Origin: Cyanobacteria bacterium P01_A01_bin.84
Lineage (GTDB): Bacteria; Cyanobacteriota; Cyanobacteriia; Cyanobacteriales; Nostocaceae
Length of the DNA: 44,447 nt
Assembly: GCA_039030795.1 (NCBI GenBank)
Contig: JBCCDM010000001.1
Coordinates: 1 to 44,447 of the forward strand
Direction: 5' to 3'
The notes below the pieces were generated by a model that saw only the letters and a list, made by a program, of their open reading frames with translations, was not told where the DNA came from and ran no database searches. A program made the translations under genes and the position numbers. Every line of letters starts with the position of its first letter. Positions within the stretch are counted from its first letter, which is position 1. Shown here in pieces: positions 23,948 through 32,353 of this stretch.

Positions 23948-25627
23948 TCAAGTAACTCTCTTAGCCATAGCTTCACGCCAACCTCTCAAATAATGGCGCA
24001 TCTCAATCTCATGATATGCTCTTTGTTCCCAAAGTATTTTACCTGGGAGTTTCACTTGATATACACCAACGGCAATCTCTTTGTACTCAGCTATAACACC
24101 ATCTTTCTTAGCTTGATTCAATACTTTCACTGTTTCCGGGGTAATATCAACGACTCTACGCTTTTGTTCTGAAGAGAGTGCATTCCAAGCCTGTTCTTTG
24201 ATTTCTGGATGTTCGTTGAATGTGTTTCGGATATCTTCCCAATTACCGTGTGACAAAATATCGATAGCCTTGTCAAGTAATGCTAGTTCTAACTCAATAT
24301 CAGACTCCTCTGGCTCTTCTGAATATTCACCTTCAGTAAGTTCTTCAACTGTTGTGTAATTAGAAAAAGTTTCTGCTTCAGTTATAATGTCGAGTTCGTT
24401 CCAATGAAAATAACCTTGAAAGTCATCGAATTTTACAAAGATAGGATTAGCATTATCTCCATGCAATTCAATTATCCTACCTTCACGACCTTCAAGGCTT
24501 CCCTGATTAATTCTTACAATGGCAGGAATTTTATATCCCATTGCAATCAGTGCGTCGGTACGAAAGATGATGCCGACCCATTCCAGTTCTTGCTCGAAGT
24601 TATAATAGCTTGCGAGCATTGCACCCCAACTGTGCCTCCATTCTGGATGATTACCGTATGCGTAGTTAGAAAGATGTTTAAGCATGGTTTCATCACCAGC
24701 TGCGATATTGGCGATCGCACTCCATTTTTTATTTGTTGGAACTGCTGCTTCCCATTGCTGGCAAGCTTCAAATATTAGCTGACCAGTTTCTTGACTAATT
24801 TCTCCCATACTGCCAATATCAGCTATCAAAAGTTGATTAAGCCGTTGCCATTTGTTTTCTACCGTTTCGTTAACCTGAATTACTGGTTCGCTATAATCAT
24901 TAGCGTCATTTTCTACTACATCATCGACATCTTGGGCTGCATTTCCTTCCTGCTGCCCTTTTGTAATTTTCTGGTATAAATCTGCTATGGCTTCTCTAAG
25001 TATCTGTTGGGGAATAAACCCATACTCATCCATCAGCTTTTGAGTTAATGTACCCGTTTGTTGGTCATCTTCATAAAGTGGGGGGAATGCTGCGTAGCGT
25101 TCTTGTCTACAGTTCCTTTTCCAAATTGAAGGTTTTTCTGGTAGCTGTGATTCTTTTTCCTTCTTGAGTTGGACTTCCCTCTCTTTAATTAGCTGAGTAA
25201 CGTAGCTGAAAGTTATCTCTTGCTCGGTGACTTCGAGCTGTTCAATTATTGGTTTGTATTTCTCAGGGCATAACCTCAACAAAGTTGTAACAGGAATTTG
25301 GATGAGAGCATGAGGACGGTATGCAAAACCTTGATAATGTTCGGCTAGCTTGAGCGCTCTTTTTTCTTCCGTCACCCCCTTATCCCAGCCGTATTCTTGA
25401 AGCAGTTCTCGATATTCTTTCTTGCTGTAATGGTTTTTGTACTCCCATAGCAAGAAACTAACATGGAGGTATTCTGCCGTACTGGCTTCTAGATGCTTGG
25501 TAGGATTAGCATCTATCTTCTGGGATTGAGAATAAGTTGATTTTTGAATTGTTTGCATGGTACTATCACAGTTCGTTTTTTGAATGTAGTCGCTTCTCAC
25601 TAAAGCGACTTTATTTATTTGAATCAA
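23948..25627 (-). CDS. hypothetical 559-aa protein (plasmid maintenance or replication candidate, unassigned)
   Basis: Long clean ORF, 8 nt downstream of the 201-aa double-HTH-like gene. No motif recognised. Confidence 0.55.
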   Translation of the reverse strand: MIQINKVALVRSDYIQKTNCDSTMQTIQKSTYSQSQKIDANPTKHLEASTAEYLHVSFLLWEYKNHYSKKEYRELLQEYGWDKGVTEEKRALKLAEHYQGFAYRPHALIQIPVTTLLRLCPEKYKPIIEQLEVTEQEITFSYVTQLIKEREVQLKKEKESQLPEKPSIWKRNCRQERYAAFPPLYEDDQQTGTLTQKLMDEYGFIPQQILREAIADLYQKITKGQQEGNAAQDVDDVVENDANDYSEPVIQVNETVENKWQRLNQLLIADIGSMGEISQETGQLIFEACQQWEAAVPTNKKWSAIANIAAGDETMLKHLSNYAYGNHPEWRHSWGAMLASYYNFEQELEWVGIIFRTDALIAMGYKIPAIVRINQGSLEGREGRIIELHGDNANPIFVKFDDFQGYFHWNELDIITEAETFSNYTTVEELTEGEYSEEPEESDIELELALLDKAIDILSHGNWEDIRNTFNEHPEIKEQAWNALSSEQKRRVVDITPETVKVLNQAKKDGVIAEYKEIAVGVYQVKLPGKILWEQRAYHEIEMRHYLRGWREAMAKRVT

Positions 25628-25634
25628 TCGAATA

Positions 25635-26240
25635 TTAAGCAGCTATTTTTTCTTGCTTTTTGTATGCGGTGAGTGCATAGGCAAGGGTATGTTCGTAATG
25701 CTTGGGCATGTCATTTAACTCGATATCGTTACCCCATTGGTAGATAGTATTTTTTGACAAGTGTAAAGTTGTTGAAATCAAGGAAAAACATCGTCCTCGA
25801 AATTTAGTAGAACTTACTGCTTTCTCTCTATCCGAAGGTGATAAACCTTTTAAAAGCATTTCCTCTATAAATTGTCTTGCACTTATTGACGGCGCTTGAG
25901 AATCAGAACAAACGATTCTGTCTAAATCTTCTTTTGATAGTGCCATCAGTGCATAATTACAGGTTACGCGAGCATGTTGGGGCATACCCTCGAAGTTCGG
26001 ATTGTCACCCCATTCCCGTATTGTCTTTCTTTGCAACCCTAATATTTTGGAAAGCAATCGAACGCATTTGGTGCAATATCCAAAGCTAGTTTCTTCTTCG
26101 AGAATTTCTTCAAGAAGAAACTGGTCGATGTCGAAGCAGTAACGTAAGAATTGTCGAGGTTCTACGTTTTCAGATGGCAGAATTCCAATAATTTTGTGAT
26201 TACTCATAATTTTTACGGCTTTAGTAACCTTAAAAAACAC
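25635..26240 (-). CDS. protein with two tandem HTH-like repeats
   Basis: Internal duplication: RQF..C.RLLSKILGLQRKTIREWGDNPNFEGMPQHARVTCNYALMA versus RQF..CFSLISTTLHLSKNTIYQWGNDIELNDMPKHYEHTLAYALTA. Confidence 0.5.
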   Translation of the reverse strand: MFFKVTKAVKIMSNHKIIGILPSENVEPRQFLRYCFDIDQFLLEEILEEETSFGYCTKCVRLLSKILGLQRKTIREWGDNPNFEGMPQHARVTCNYALMALSKEDLDRIVCSDSQAPSISARQFIEEMLLKGLSPSDREKAVSSTKFRGRCFSLISTTLHLSKNTIYQWGNDIELNDMPKHYEHTLAYALTAYKKQEKIAA

Positions 26241-26371
26241 ATTACCATAACTAGAGCATATTCAGAGAATCTTTAGAGCTACACTTTTCACATATTATTC
26301 TATAATTTTGATGAAAGAACACAAAACCAATTGAAATCTCTGGACTTGGCTCAAGGCATAAGGGAATATAT

Positions 26372-26641
26372 ATGAAACGTTCTATGGAACCTATTATGGC
26401 AATTGACCCAAACAACACGAGGCTGACAATCACAATATCTAAATATAACTATAAAAAACTCAGAGATTGGGCTAGGATTCATGGGAAACAGCCCACAGCA
26501 TTCGCTGGTCAAATCATTTCATCAAGATTAGAAGCAAACACCGGAGTAATTAAAGAACAAATTGCTGATATGGCTAAAAGCGAAGAAATTAGCGTCGAAG
26601 AATTAGAAAAAAGATGGGAAAACGAAGAAAATAAATCTTAA
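26372..26641 (+). CDS. ribbon-helix-helix (CopG/Arc-like) DNA-binding protein
   Basis: 89 aa. TRLTITISKYNYKKLRDWARIHGKQPTAFAGQIISSRLE fits a beta-strand plus two-helix RHH pattern. It is divergent from the 25635..26240 operon. Confidence 0.55.
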   Translation: MKRSMEPIMAIDPNNTRLTITISKYNYKKLRDWARIHGKQPTAFAGQIISSRLEANTGVIKEQIADMAKSEEISVEELEKRWENEENKS

Positions 26642-27166
26642 TTTTTCTGGTTAAGCACTTTAAAAGCAACTTCTTGTTCTAGGACGTTTGTCTTCCGCTT
26701 CATCTTGCTTCAATTCCTCCTTTGATACAGCGGGCGCGAACTACAAATCATACGAGCATATCAAGGCATTGCTTCCTGCGTTGAGACTATCAACATTAAT
26801 ATTGGTCAATACTGAAGCAACAACGTAGGAATCGCAATAGTTTTACCTTTTCGATCTGTAACCCAAAAATTATCGAGTTTTGCATCTAGCAAACTTCCTT
26901 GTACTGTTAATTTTCATAAACACAGAATTTCTTGATAAATAACTTTTCCGTACAAACTACTAGTTTTTCTATGAACCAGGAGAACGGCAAAATCCAAATA
27001 TATTACGGTTTTCGTCATTAACCTTCCATAGAAAAAATTTCAGTTAATTAGATAATAATACTTATCTGTACAAAAGTATATACAATTATGTACAAAAGTT
27101 TATCCGATATTGGCTATAAACTTCTGAAAGCCTTATGATATCGTTAAAAAAAGTGTGATTTAACTT

Positions 27167-27883
27167 ATGTTAAGCGATGGTGAACGCAGGCGACGGCTTT
27201 CAGCTTTGTGTAAGCGGCTCCGTGGTGATGAGTCGTTGCGTTCGTTTACTAAAAATCATAGTGAAGAACTTCAAGGTATTAGCCATTCGTCATGGAGTGC
27301 CTGGGAGGCTAGGAGAGCAGGCCTTAGTGCTGATTCTTTAGATAAATTCGCAAATTTTATTGGTTGCTCGCACCAATCTCTTTTTGCTTATTTAGATGGT
27401 TCTAAAACTTTAGATGAATTACTTCAACCAGATTTAAACATTGACGATTCAGAAGAACAATTCAACCTTTCTGGAAATGCAGCTATTACTTGGATAGAAT
27501 CTCTATCCCTTAGTGATAAATTTCTTATTACTTCGCAAGGTTTTAATTCACTTCAAACTGAACTTGATAAACTTATAGAAGAAAGAGCAGAGAAGTTAGC
27601 AGAACGAAAAGCTAAAGAACTGATTGAACAAGAAAATCAAAAGTTAATAAAAGATAAAGCCTCAGAGTTTGAAGAAGAAGTTATTCGCGAAATCGCTGGA
27701 GAAAGAGCCAAATTATTGGTAAATTTACTATCTGGCACTAATTATCCCCGTAGCGACGATATTTCAAAAGTTGCCCAGAAACTAAACTTAAAAACTGAAG
27801 ATTTAATAGAATTGTGCGATCGCCTTTATCCAAATAAATCAAAGAAAAAACATGAGCGTGGAAATACCCCTCATCTTGGGTGA
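27167..27883 (+). CDS. XRE-type HTH regulator with a coiled-coil C-terminal half
   Basis: The N-terminus is LRSFTKNHSEELQGISHSSWSAWEARRAGLSADSLDKFANFIGCS. The C-terminal half is Lys/Glu-rich and helical. Confidence 0.6.
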   Translation: MLSDGERRRRLSALCKRLRGDESLRSFTKNHSEELQGISHSSWSAWEARRAGLSADSLDKFANFIGCSHQSLFAYLDGSKTLDELLQPDLNIDDSEEQFNLSGNAAITWIESLSLSDKFLITSQGFNSLQTELDKLIEERAEKLAERKAKELIEQENQKLIKDKASEFEEEVIREIAGERAKLLVNLLSGTNYPRSDDISKVAQKLNLKTEDLIELCDRLYPNKSKKKHERGNTPHLG

Positions 27884-27893
27884 CGCTTTTCTT

Positions 27894-27968
27894 CCGAATT
27901 GAAAATTTTTCTGGTAGCTGCGATTCTTTCTCTCTCTTTAGTTGGACTCCCCTATCTTTGATTAATTT
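27894..27968. repeat. 75-bp relic homologous to an internal segment of the 559-aa gene (25121..25195)
   Basis: ccgaattgaaaatttttctggtagctgcgattctttctctctctttagttggactcccctatctttgattaat is compared with ccaaattgaaggtttttctggtagctgtgattctttttccttcttgagttggacttccctctctttaattag. Same orientation, about 80% identity by eye. Confidence 0.6.
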
Positions 27969-28076
27969 AAGAACGCAATATACTTATTAGTATTACAGTC
28001 AATACTAATTGTATAATCGCTATATTCGTAAACTCCTGAAACCCCTGTGGTATCCTAGAAAAAACTAAATTAACTT

Positions 28077-28679
28077 ATGTTAAATGATAGCGAACGCAGA
28101 CGACGGCTTTCCGTTTTGTGTAAGCGGCTCCGTGGTAATAAGTCGCTGCGTTCGTTTACTAAAAATCATAGTGAACAGCTTCAAGGTATCAGCTACGCTT
28201 CGTAGAGTGTATGGGAAAGGGGTGCAGGAAATTTAAGTCGGGATTCTTTAGAAAGATTGGTAAGTTTTATTGGTTGTTCTTACAAATCCCTTTTGAAATA
28301 CCTTAACGGCTTTATAACTTTAGAAGAATTGCTTGAGCCAACTCTACCAATCATTGATGAATCAGAAGAGGAATTAACTCTCTCCCCAGATGCAACAGCT
28401 TCTTGGATAAAATCACTCCCCCTTAAAGACCAATTATTTATTGTTTCGCAGGGTTTTCAGTCTTTTCAAAGTCATCTTGATAAACTCGTTGAAGAAGAAG
28501 CTAAAGAACTAATTAATAACGAGGTTAAAAAAGAAATTGCTCAAGAAGTCAAGGAAAATACATCTAAAACGTTACTTAGCCTATTCTCAAGTGGTGAATA
28601 TCCTAGTAAGTTAAAAATTACCAAAACCGCAGAAGAATTAAATTGGGATATTCAAGACATAATGGAAATATGCGAGTAA
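28077..28679 (+). pseudogene. paralog of the XRE regulator with an in-frame TAG (TGG->TAG) and a truncated 3' end
   Basis: From ATG 28077 the first ~120 nt are nearly identical to 27167 onward. Codon 28203-28205 is TAG where the paralog has TGG (SSWSAW vs AS*SVW). Homology to the paralog stops at about 28675, where the IS607-like element begins. Confidence 0.6.
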
Positions 28680-28960
28680 GCCATGAATTGGTGCAAAACG
28701 GATAATTCCGCGTCCTTTCCACAGTTGAATTTTGTAATCTCTCGAATAGTTCCCTTCTTTGTAGTTTTGGGAGTCGTAGACTCAACCACTCAGAGGATAG
28801 TTTCTAGAAACTACGAAGGTGCCTACTCTACACCCGCTATAAGTCCGAAGATGGCGCAACCCATCGGCACTAGCCGGACTATAGACCAGACAAGTCACCT
28901 TGCGAAGGCTTCCCCAGAGTCCACAAGGAACTCCAAGTCTTTTCGATGACGCAGTAGGGC
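28680..28960 (-). ncRNA. candidate omega-RNA scaffold of the IS607-like tnpB
   Basis: Dense nested hairpins, given in plus-strand notation: AGTTTCTAGAAACT palindrome, GAGTC-gta-GACTC, and AGTCCG..(GATGG-cgcaac-CCATC)..CGGACT. It overlaps the tnpB 3' end and runs to the inferred element end. Confidence 0.4.
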
Positions 28961-30250
28961 TTTGATTCCTACGTTTCTTGAAGCGTTGACACCGGAATGC
29001 GCGGTATACCCACTAGCTGTTTTCACCCAAGTGGCACCAGTTTCGTATACCTCTTCACCAGCCACAACTTTTTCTGGTATATGGTTCTGGCGATTCACAG
29101 GGTTGCCCCAGGGATCTAGCTTTGAGGTGTTTTTTGGGTTCACTCTCGTGGTCAAAATACCATGACGAGCAAAAGCTGCGTGTTTCACGTTGTTGTATAT
29201 TTTGGACTTGAGCCAGTAAGCGCGTTTTTGATTCGATCTTCGCGAATACTTTCCACGGCATGGCTTCAAGTTCGCAAGATGTTCAAATGCTATAACCTGA
29301 CAGCCATAACCTACCGCTAAGTTCAAAATCTGTGAAGCTACATCATAGCCCATTGCTTTTTCACGATTGCGAATCTTTTCCCACTGTTTGTGGCAAAAAC
29401 CTTTGTGAATAATACCTGTTGCATTCATTTTCAAAGCAATTCTACCTAAATCTCTCTTCCTACTAGCCACACCCTCGGGTTGTTTGATGAAATGTCTAGC
29501 TATTTCCCTAATGGTGCAACCGTCGATTTCTAGGATAGAAACTATTGCTGCGTGATCATCTAAATCTAAATCTGTAGCAAGAATACGAAATGTATCTTGC
29601 TTTGTAATTTTTGCGATTCCTCCTGTGGCGGGTACATATCTTTGTATACAAAAAGTGATGTAAGCGTGTCCATTTTTTAAGACTATTGACGGAGAACTCT
29701 TGATCCAATCTTTGCCAACAGGCTGACCTTTGTAGTGGAACTTCAGCGACATCCACTGGCTTTTGACACGAACCTTGAGCATAATGTCAAGCCCGGAGTC
29801 ATCCCAAAACATATTGCCGCAATAAACTGGCGAGAAATTGAATTTCCTGGGTTGAACTGGTGGACGATGGTGCTTGTGACGCTTTGGCCGATTCTTCCAC
29901 TTTTCGTAACGGGTTTGCCATGATTCATAAGCACCTATAGCCGCACGTATAGCAGCACGCCTGAAGTCTCTGGGGCAACCGTCAAACTCTTGAGGCAGCG
30001 GGTATTGAGCTTCAATACCACTTTTCTTTTTGCCTTGAGTCAGTATTTCATAATAACGCCAACCACTGTCGTTGCCAGTAGCAGACAAACCAGAAGGATC
30101 GGTATTGATGAGCATAAAGTAAAACTCAGCGATCTGATTGTAATAGCTTTTTATTTCCTCAAAGCCATCAAAACATTTTGCTTGCGGATACAATCTTTGT
30201 TCCGCTGATTGCGTAGCTATGCTGAATCCTTTCTTTTTGGGTATGCCCAT
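28895..30250 (-). CDS. tnpB: TnpB-like protein with an apparently incomplete RuvC triad and no zinc-finger cysteines
   Basis: RuvC-I (ILATDLDLDD) and RuvC-II (VIAFEHLANL) are present. The RuvC-III position reads AHSGVNASRNVG (expected ..ADxNAAxNI), with Gly420 at 28991-28993. The CxxC..CxxC region reads TSKLDPWGNPV...VKTASGYT. Confidence 0.75.
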   Translation of the reverse strand: MGIPKKKGFSIATQSAEQRLYPQAKCFDGFEEIKSYYNQIAEFYFMLINTDPSGLSATGNDSGWRYYEILTQGKKKSGIEAQYPLPQEFDGCPRDFRRAAIRAAIGAYESWQTRYEKWKNRPKRHKHHRPPVQPRKFNFSPVYCGNMFWDDSGLDIMLKVRVKSQWMSLKFHYKGQPVGKDWIKSSPSIVLKNGHAYITFCIQRYVPATGGIAKITKQDTFRILATDLDLDDHAAIVSILEIDGCTIREIARHFIKQPEGVASRKRDLGRIALKMNATGIIHKGFCHKQWEKIRNREKAMGYDVASQILNLAVGYGCQVIAFEHLANLKPCRGKYSRRSNQKRAYWLKSKIYNNVKHAAFARHGILTTRVNPKNTSKLDPWGNPVNRQNHIPEKVVAGEEVYETGATWVKTASGYTAHSGVNASRNVGIKALLRHRKDLEFLVDSGEAFAR

Positions 30251-30297
30251 GAGTCCGACCTCCTCTGGTTTGTTTGTATGTTCTTGTTATGTACGAT

Positions 30298-30888
30298 TTA
30301 TTCCGTTTCAGCAAACCCTGATTCAATCTTTTTTTTGATGTTTTTCTCGTAACTTCTTAGGAAATATAATTTACTACTGAATGTGTGAAATATACTCATA
30401 AAGTCGTCAAGTAATTCCTGTCTTGGGGTTTTGTACACATTATTTATCACGACAAGCGAGCAGTTGTGCTGCAAGCAAAACCACTCAACAAAGTCAAATC
30501 CAAACCTACATAACCTGTCCTTGTGAGCAACTACTATGCTTTCTATCTCTCCTGTCATAACTTCAGACATCAAGTTCAAAAACTTTTTTCGTTTAAAGCT
30601 CATTCCGGAACCAATTTCAGAGACACACCGACATCCTGGGTAATGTGACCCCAAATACTTTATCTGAGACTCAAGGTCGTCTTTTTGGCTATGTGTAAAA
30701 ACCCTCGCGTATAACACCACCTGTTTGCTTGTATCTGCTATATTTATCTTTTCTAAGCTTTTCTTATTGTATCGGCGATCCCCCCCAGGAGAACGTATGC
30801 AATCTATTAAGCCTTCATCAGCCCATCTAGCTAGCGTTTTTGGATGGAAGCCAAATTCTTTATATGCTTGATTAGGTGTTAAATACAT
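30298..30888 (-). CDS. tnpA: IS607-type serine recombinase TnpA (MerR-like HTH + resolvase domain) with the nucleophile Ser replaced by Phe
   Basis: The N-terminal HTH is LTPNQAYKEFGFHPKTLARWADEGLI..IRSPGGDRRY. The catalytic box reads VLYARVFTHSQKDDLESQ where YARVS(S/T)..Q is expected. Phe64 is codon 30697-30699. Downstream is KDRLCRFGFDF. Confidence 0.75.
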   Translation of the reverse strand: MYLTPNQAYKEFGFHPKTLARWADEGLIDCIRSPGGDRRYNKKSLEKINIADTSKQVVLYARVFTHSQKDDLESQIKYLGSHYPGCRCVSEIGSGMSFKRKKFLNLMSEVMTGEIESIVVAHKDRLCRFGFDFVEWFCLQHNCSLVVINNVYKTPRQELLDDFMSIFHTFSSKLYFLRSYEKNIKKKIESGFAETE

Positions 30889-31005
30889 ATTAGCAACGAT
30901 TTATTACTATTCGCACCAATATGTTACTAGATAAGCGTACCAGAAAAGTACGACCGAATATATTTGGATAAACCCAAAAAGCAACATAAACACAGCGCTT
31001 GATAA

Positions 31006-31662
31006 TTAATTTTTCTGTTCTTTAACATCATCAATACTTTTCAATCTAACCCTAATATCCTGCCCGACATAAAATAAATTCTGCCCAGCCAAGCAGTTGT
31101 CTAACAAAGAATCCAGCAACTTTTTATTAGTAGGAAGAACTGATAGCTTAATTTTCCTTGACGATAAATACTCCTTCGCTTCCGGTAATTTATCTGGAAC
31201 ACTAGCATTTAAATAATTATTCAAAAAATTACGACGAGCATCGTAAACTTTAATCTCTTGAGAGGTATTCTGCATGTAATATCTTTTGCTATCCCAAGAT
31301 TGCCACAATCCCGGCTTTTCTGGCAAAATTGTTTCGATACTAAAAGTATCACCTGGCTTGGTTCTGATAATACAACCTCGATTTTTATCCTCACTTAATC
31401 TAATCCAAACAACACCATCAGGTAATCTAACCCAAAAGTTATTCAACAAGTCATTACGTCCATCCACTTCAGATAAGGTTTTGATTTCATTCAATTCAGG
31501 AACTGATTCAACCAAAACATTCTTTTCAATTGGTTTCTCAGCTATTGAATTATCGGTTAATCCAACTTCTACTTTTGGTTGATTTTTACCACAACCAACG
31601 ACAACAAACAATAAAGCAAATAAAAAGTATTTATAAAGCATTTTATTCAAGAAATTTATCAA
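31006..31662 (-). CDS. putative lipoprotein
   Basis: The hydrophobic N-terminus ends in the lipobox-like LLFVVVGC-GKN. 218 aa. Confidence 0.55.
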   Translation of the reverse strand: MINFLNKMLYKYFLFALLFVVVGCGKNQPKVEVGLTDNSIAEKPIEKNVLVESVPELNEIKTLSEVDGRNDLLNNFWVRLPDGVVWIRLSEDKNRGCIIRTKPGDTFSIETILPEKPGLWQSWDSKRYYMQNTSQEIKVYDARRNFLNNYLNASVPDKLPEAKEYLSSRKIKLSVLPTNKKLLDSLLDNCLAGQNLFYVGQDIRVRLKSIDDVKEQKN

Positions 31663-31742
31663 CTAAATCGTACAAAAATATGATGCTCTACAGGTAAAAA
31701 AGCATCATATTTGTTTAATAAAACCATTAATTTAATATGAAG

Positions 31743-32318
31743 TTAATAACGCCGATGAATATTCGTGTATTCATCCAAATCTACATCTTCTGGCAAAGAA
31801 TCAATGTCCTCGCCATTGCGGATATCTTTAAGCAGCTGTTCTCTATCTGTAATTACTTCGGTTTTACCCCACCTATCCTCGTATTCTCGCTTGCTGTAGT
31901 TATATCCCCACACTGTTTCAGCCAGCTTACAACCTTCAGCAATATTCTGATAATCCCTGTAAAACTGCTGTTGCAAAGTAAGTTCATGGTTCATCAAGTA
32001 TGGGTCAAGCTTATCCAAAAATTCAGGTCTAAACTGCCTATCTTCAACCCGGTACTTCTTCCTAAATTCGCTATTAGAAGGACCAAAGGCAATTTCCTCG
32101 GGTGAATATACTAGCCATACTTCGGGGTTGTCTGCGTCTTCGGCTTGGGCTTTTTTGTAACGCTCTGAAAGCGAAAAATAAAAACGAGCAGAACCTTTTG
32201 GACTTCTTTTTACATATTCTGAGTCCTCTTTAATAGTTCCGTTCTTATTCATATGTTTAGTACGTGAATTAACAAACCGCAAAGCACGCGCATTAGGAAT
32301 TACTTTTTCAATCGGCAT
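31743..32318 (-). CDS. hypothetical protein divergent from the giant ORF
   Basis: 191-codon ORF only 35 bp from the giant ORF start, so one of the two starts may be further in. No family recognised. Confidence 0.5.
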   Translation of the reverse strand: MPIEKVIPNARALRFVNSRTKHMNKNGTIKEDSEYVKRSPKGSARFYFSLSERYKKAQAEDADNPEVWLVYSPEEIAFGPSNSEFRKKYRVEDRQFRPEFLDKLDPYLMNHELTLQQQFYRDYQNIAEGCKLAETVWGYNYSKREYEDRWGKTEVITDREQLLKDIRNGEDIDSLPEDVDLDEYTNIHRRY

Positions 32319-32353
32319 ATTAGTAACTAGTTTTAAATTTTAAGAATAATATT

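Larger units (their letters stand above)
28676..30990 (-). mobile_element. IS607-family-like element (tnpA + tnpB-like), ends approximate
   Basis: It holds a serine-recombinase tnpA plus a tnpB-like gene in the canonical order. It is visibly more G+C-rich than its flanks. The right end is inferred from loss of paralog homology at about 28675. The left end was not determined. Confidence 0.5.

Noticed and set aside
26806-27018. 70-codon minus-strand frame interrupted by one in-frame TGA (26914-26916)
   Set aside because: The frame reads MTKTVIYLDFAVLLVHRKTSSLYGKVIYQEILCL*KLTVQGSLLDAKLDNFWVTDRKGKTIAIPTLLLQY. It could be a small pseudogene, with a faint Sm/Hfq-like feel. I cannot support any family call or even that it is coding.
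28683-28949. 88-aa + strand ORF
   Set aside because: It overlaps the tnpB 3' end and the hairpin-dense omega-RNA-like region on the opposite strand. The relatively G+C-rich structured sequence generates the open frame.
28962-30208. Several 60-70-aa ORFs on both strands inside the tnpB-like gene
   Set aside because: They are nested within a 451-codon ORF with recognisable TnpB motifs.
31737-32105. 122-aa + strand ORF
   Set aside because: It is antisense to the 191-aa minus-strand ORF, and its composition is hydrophobic, Phe/Ile-rich and shadow-like.
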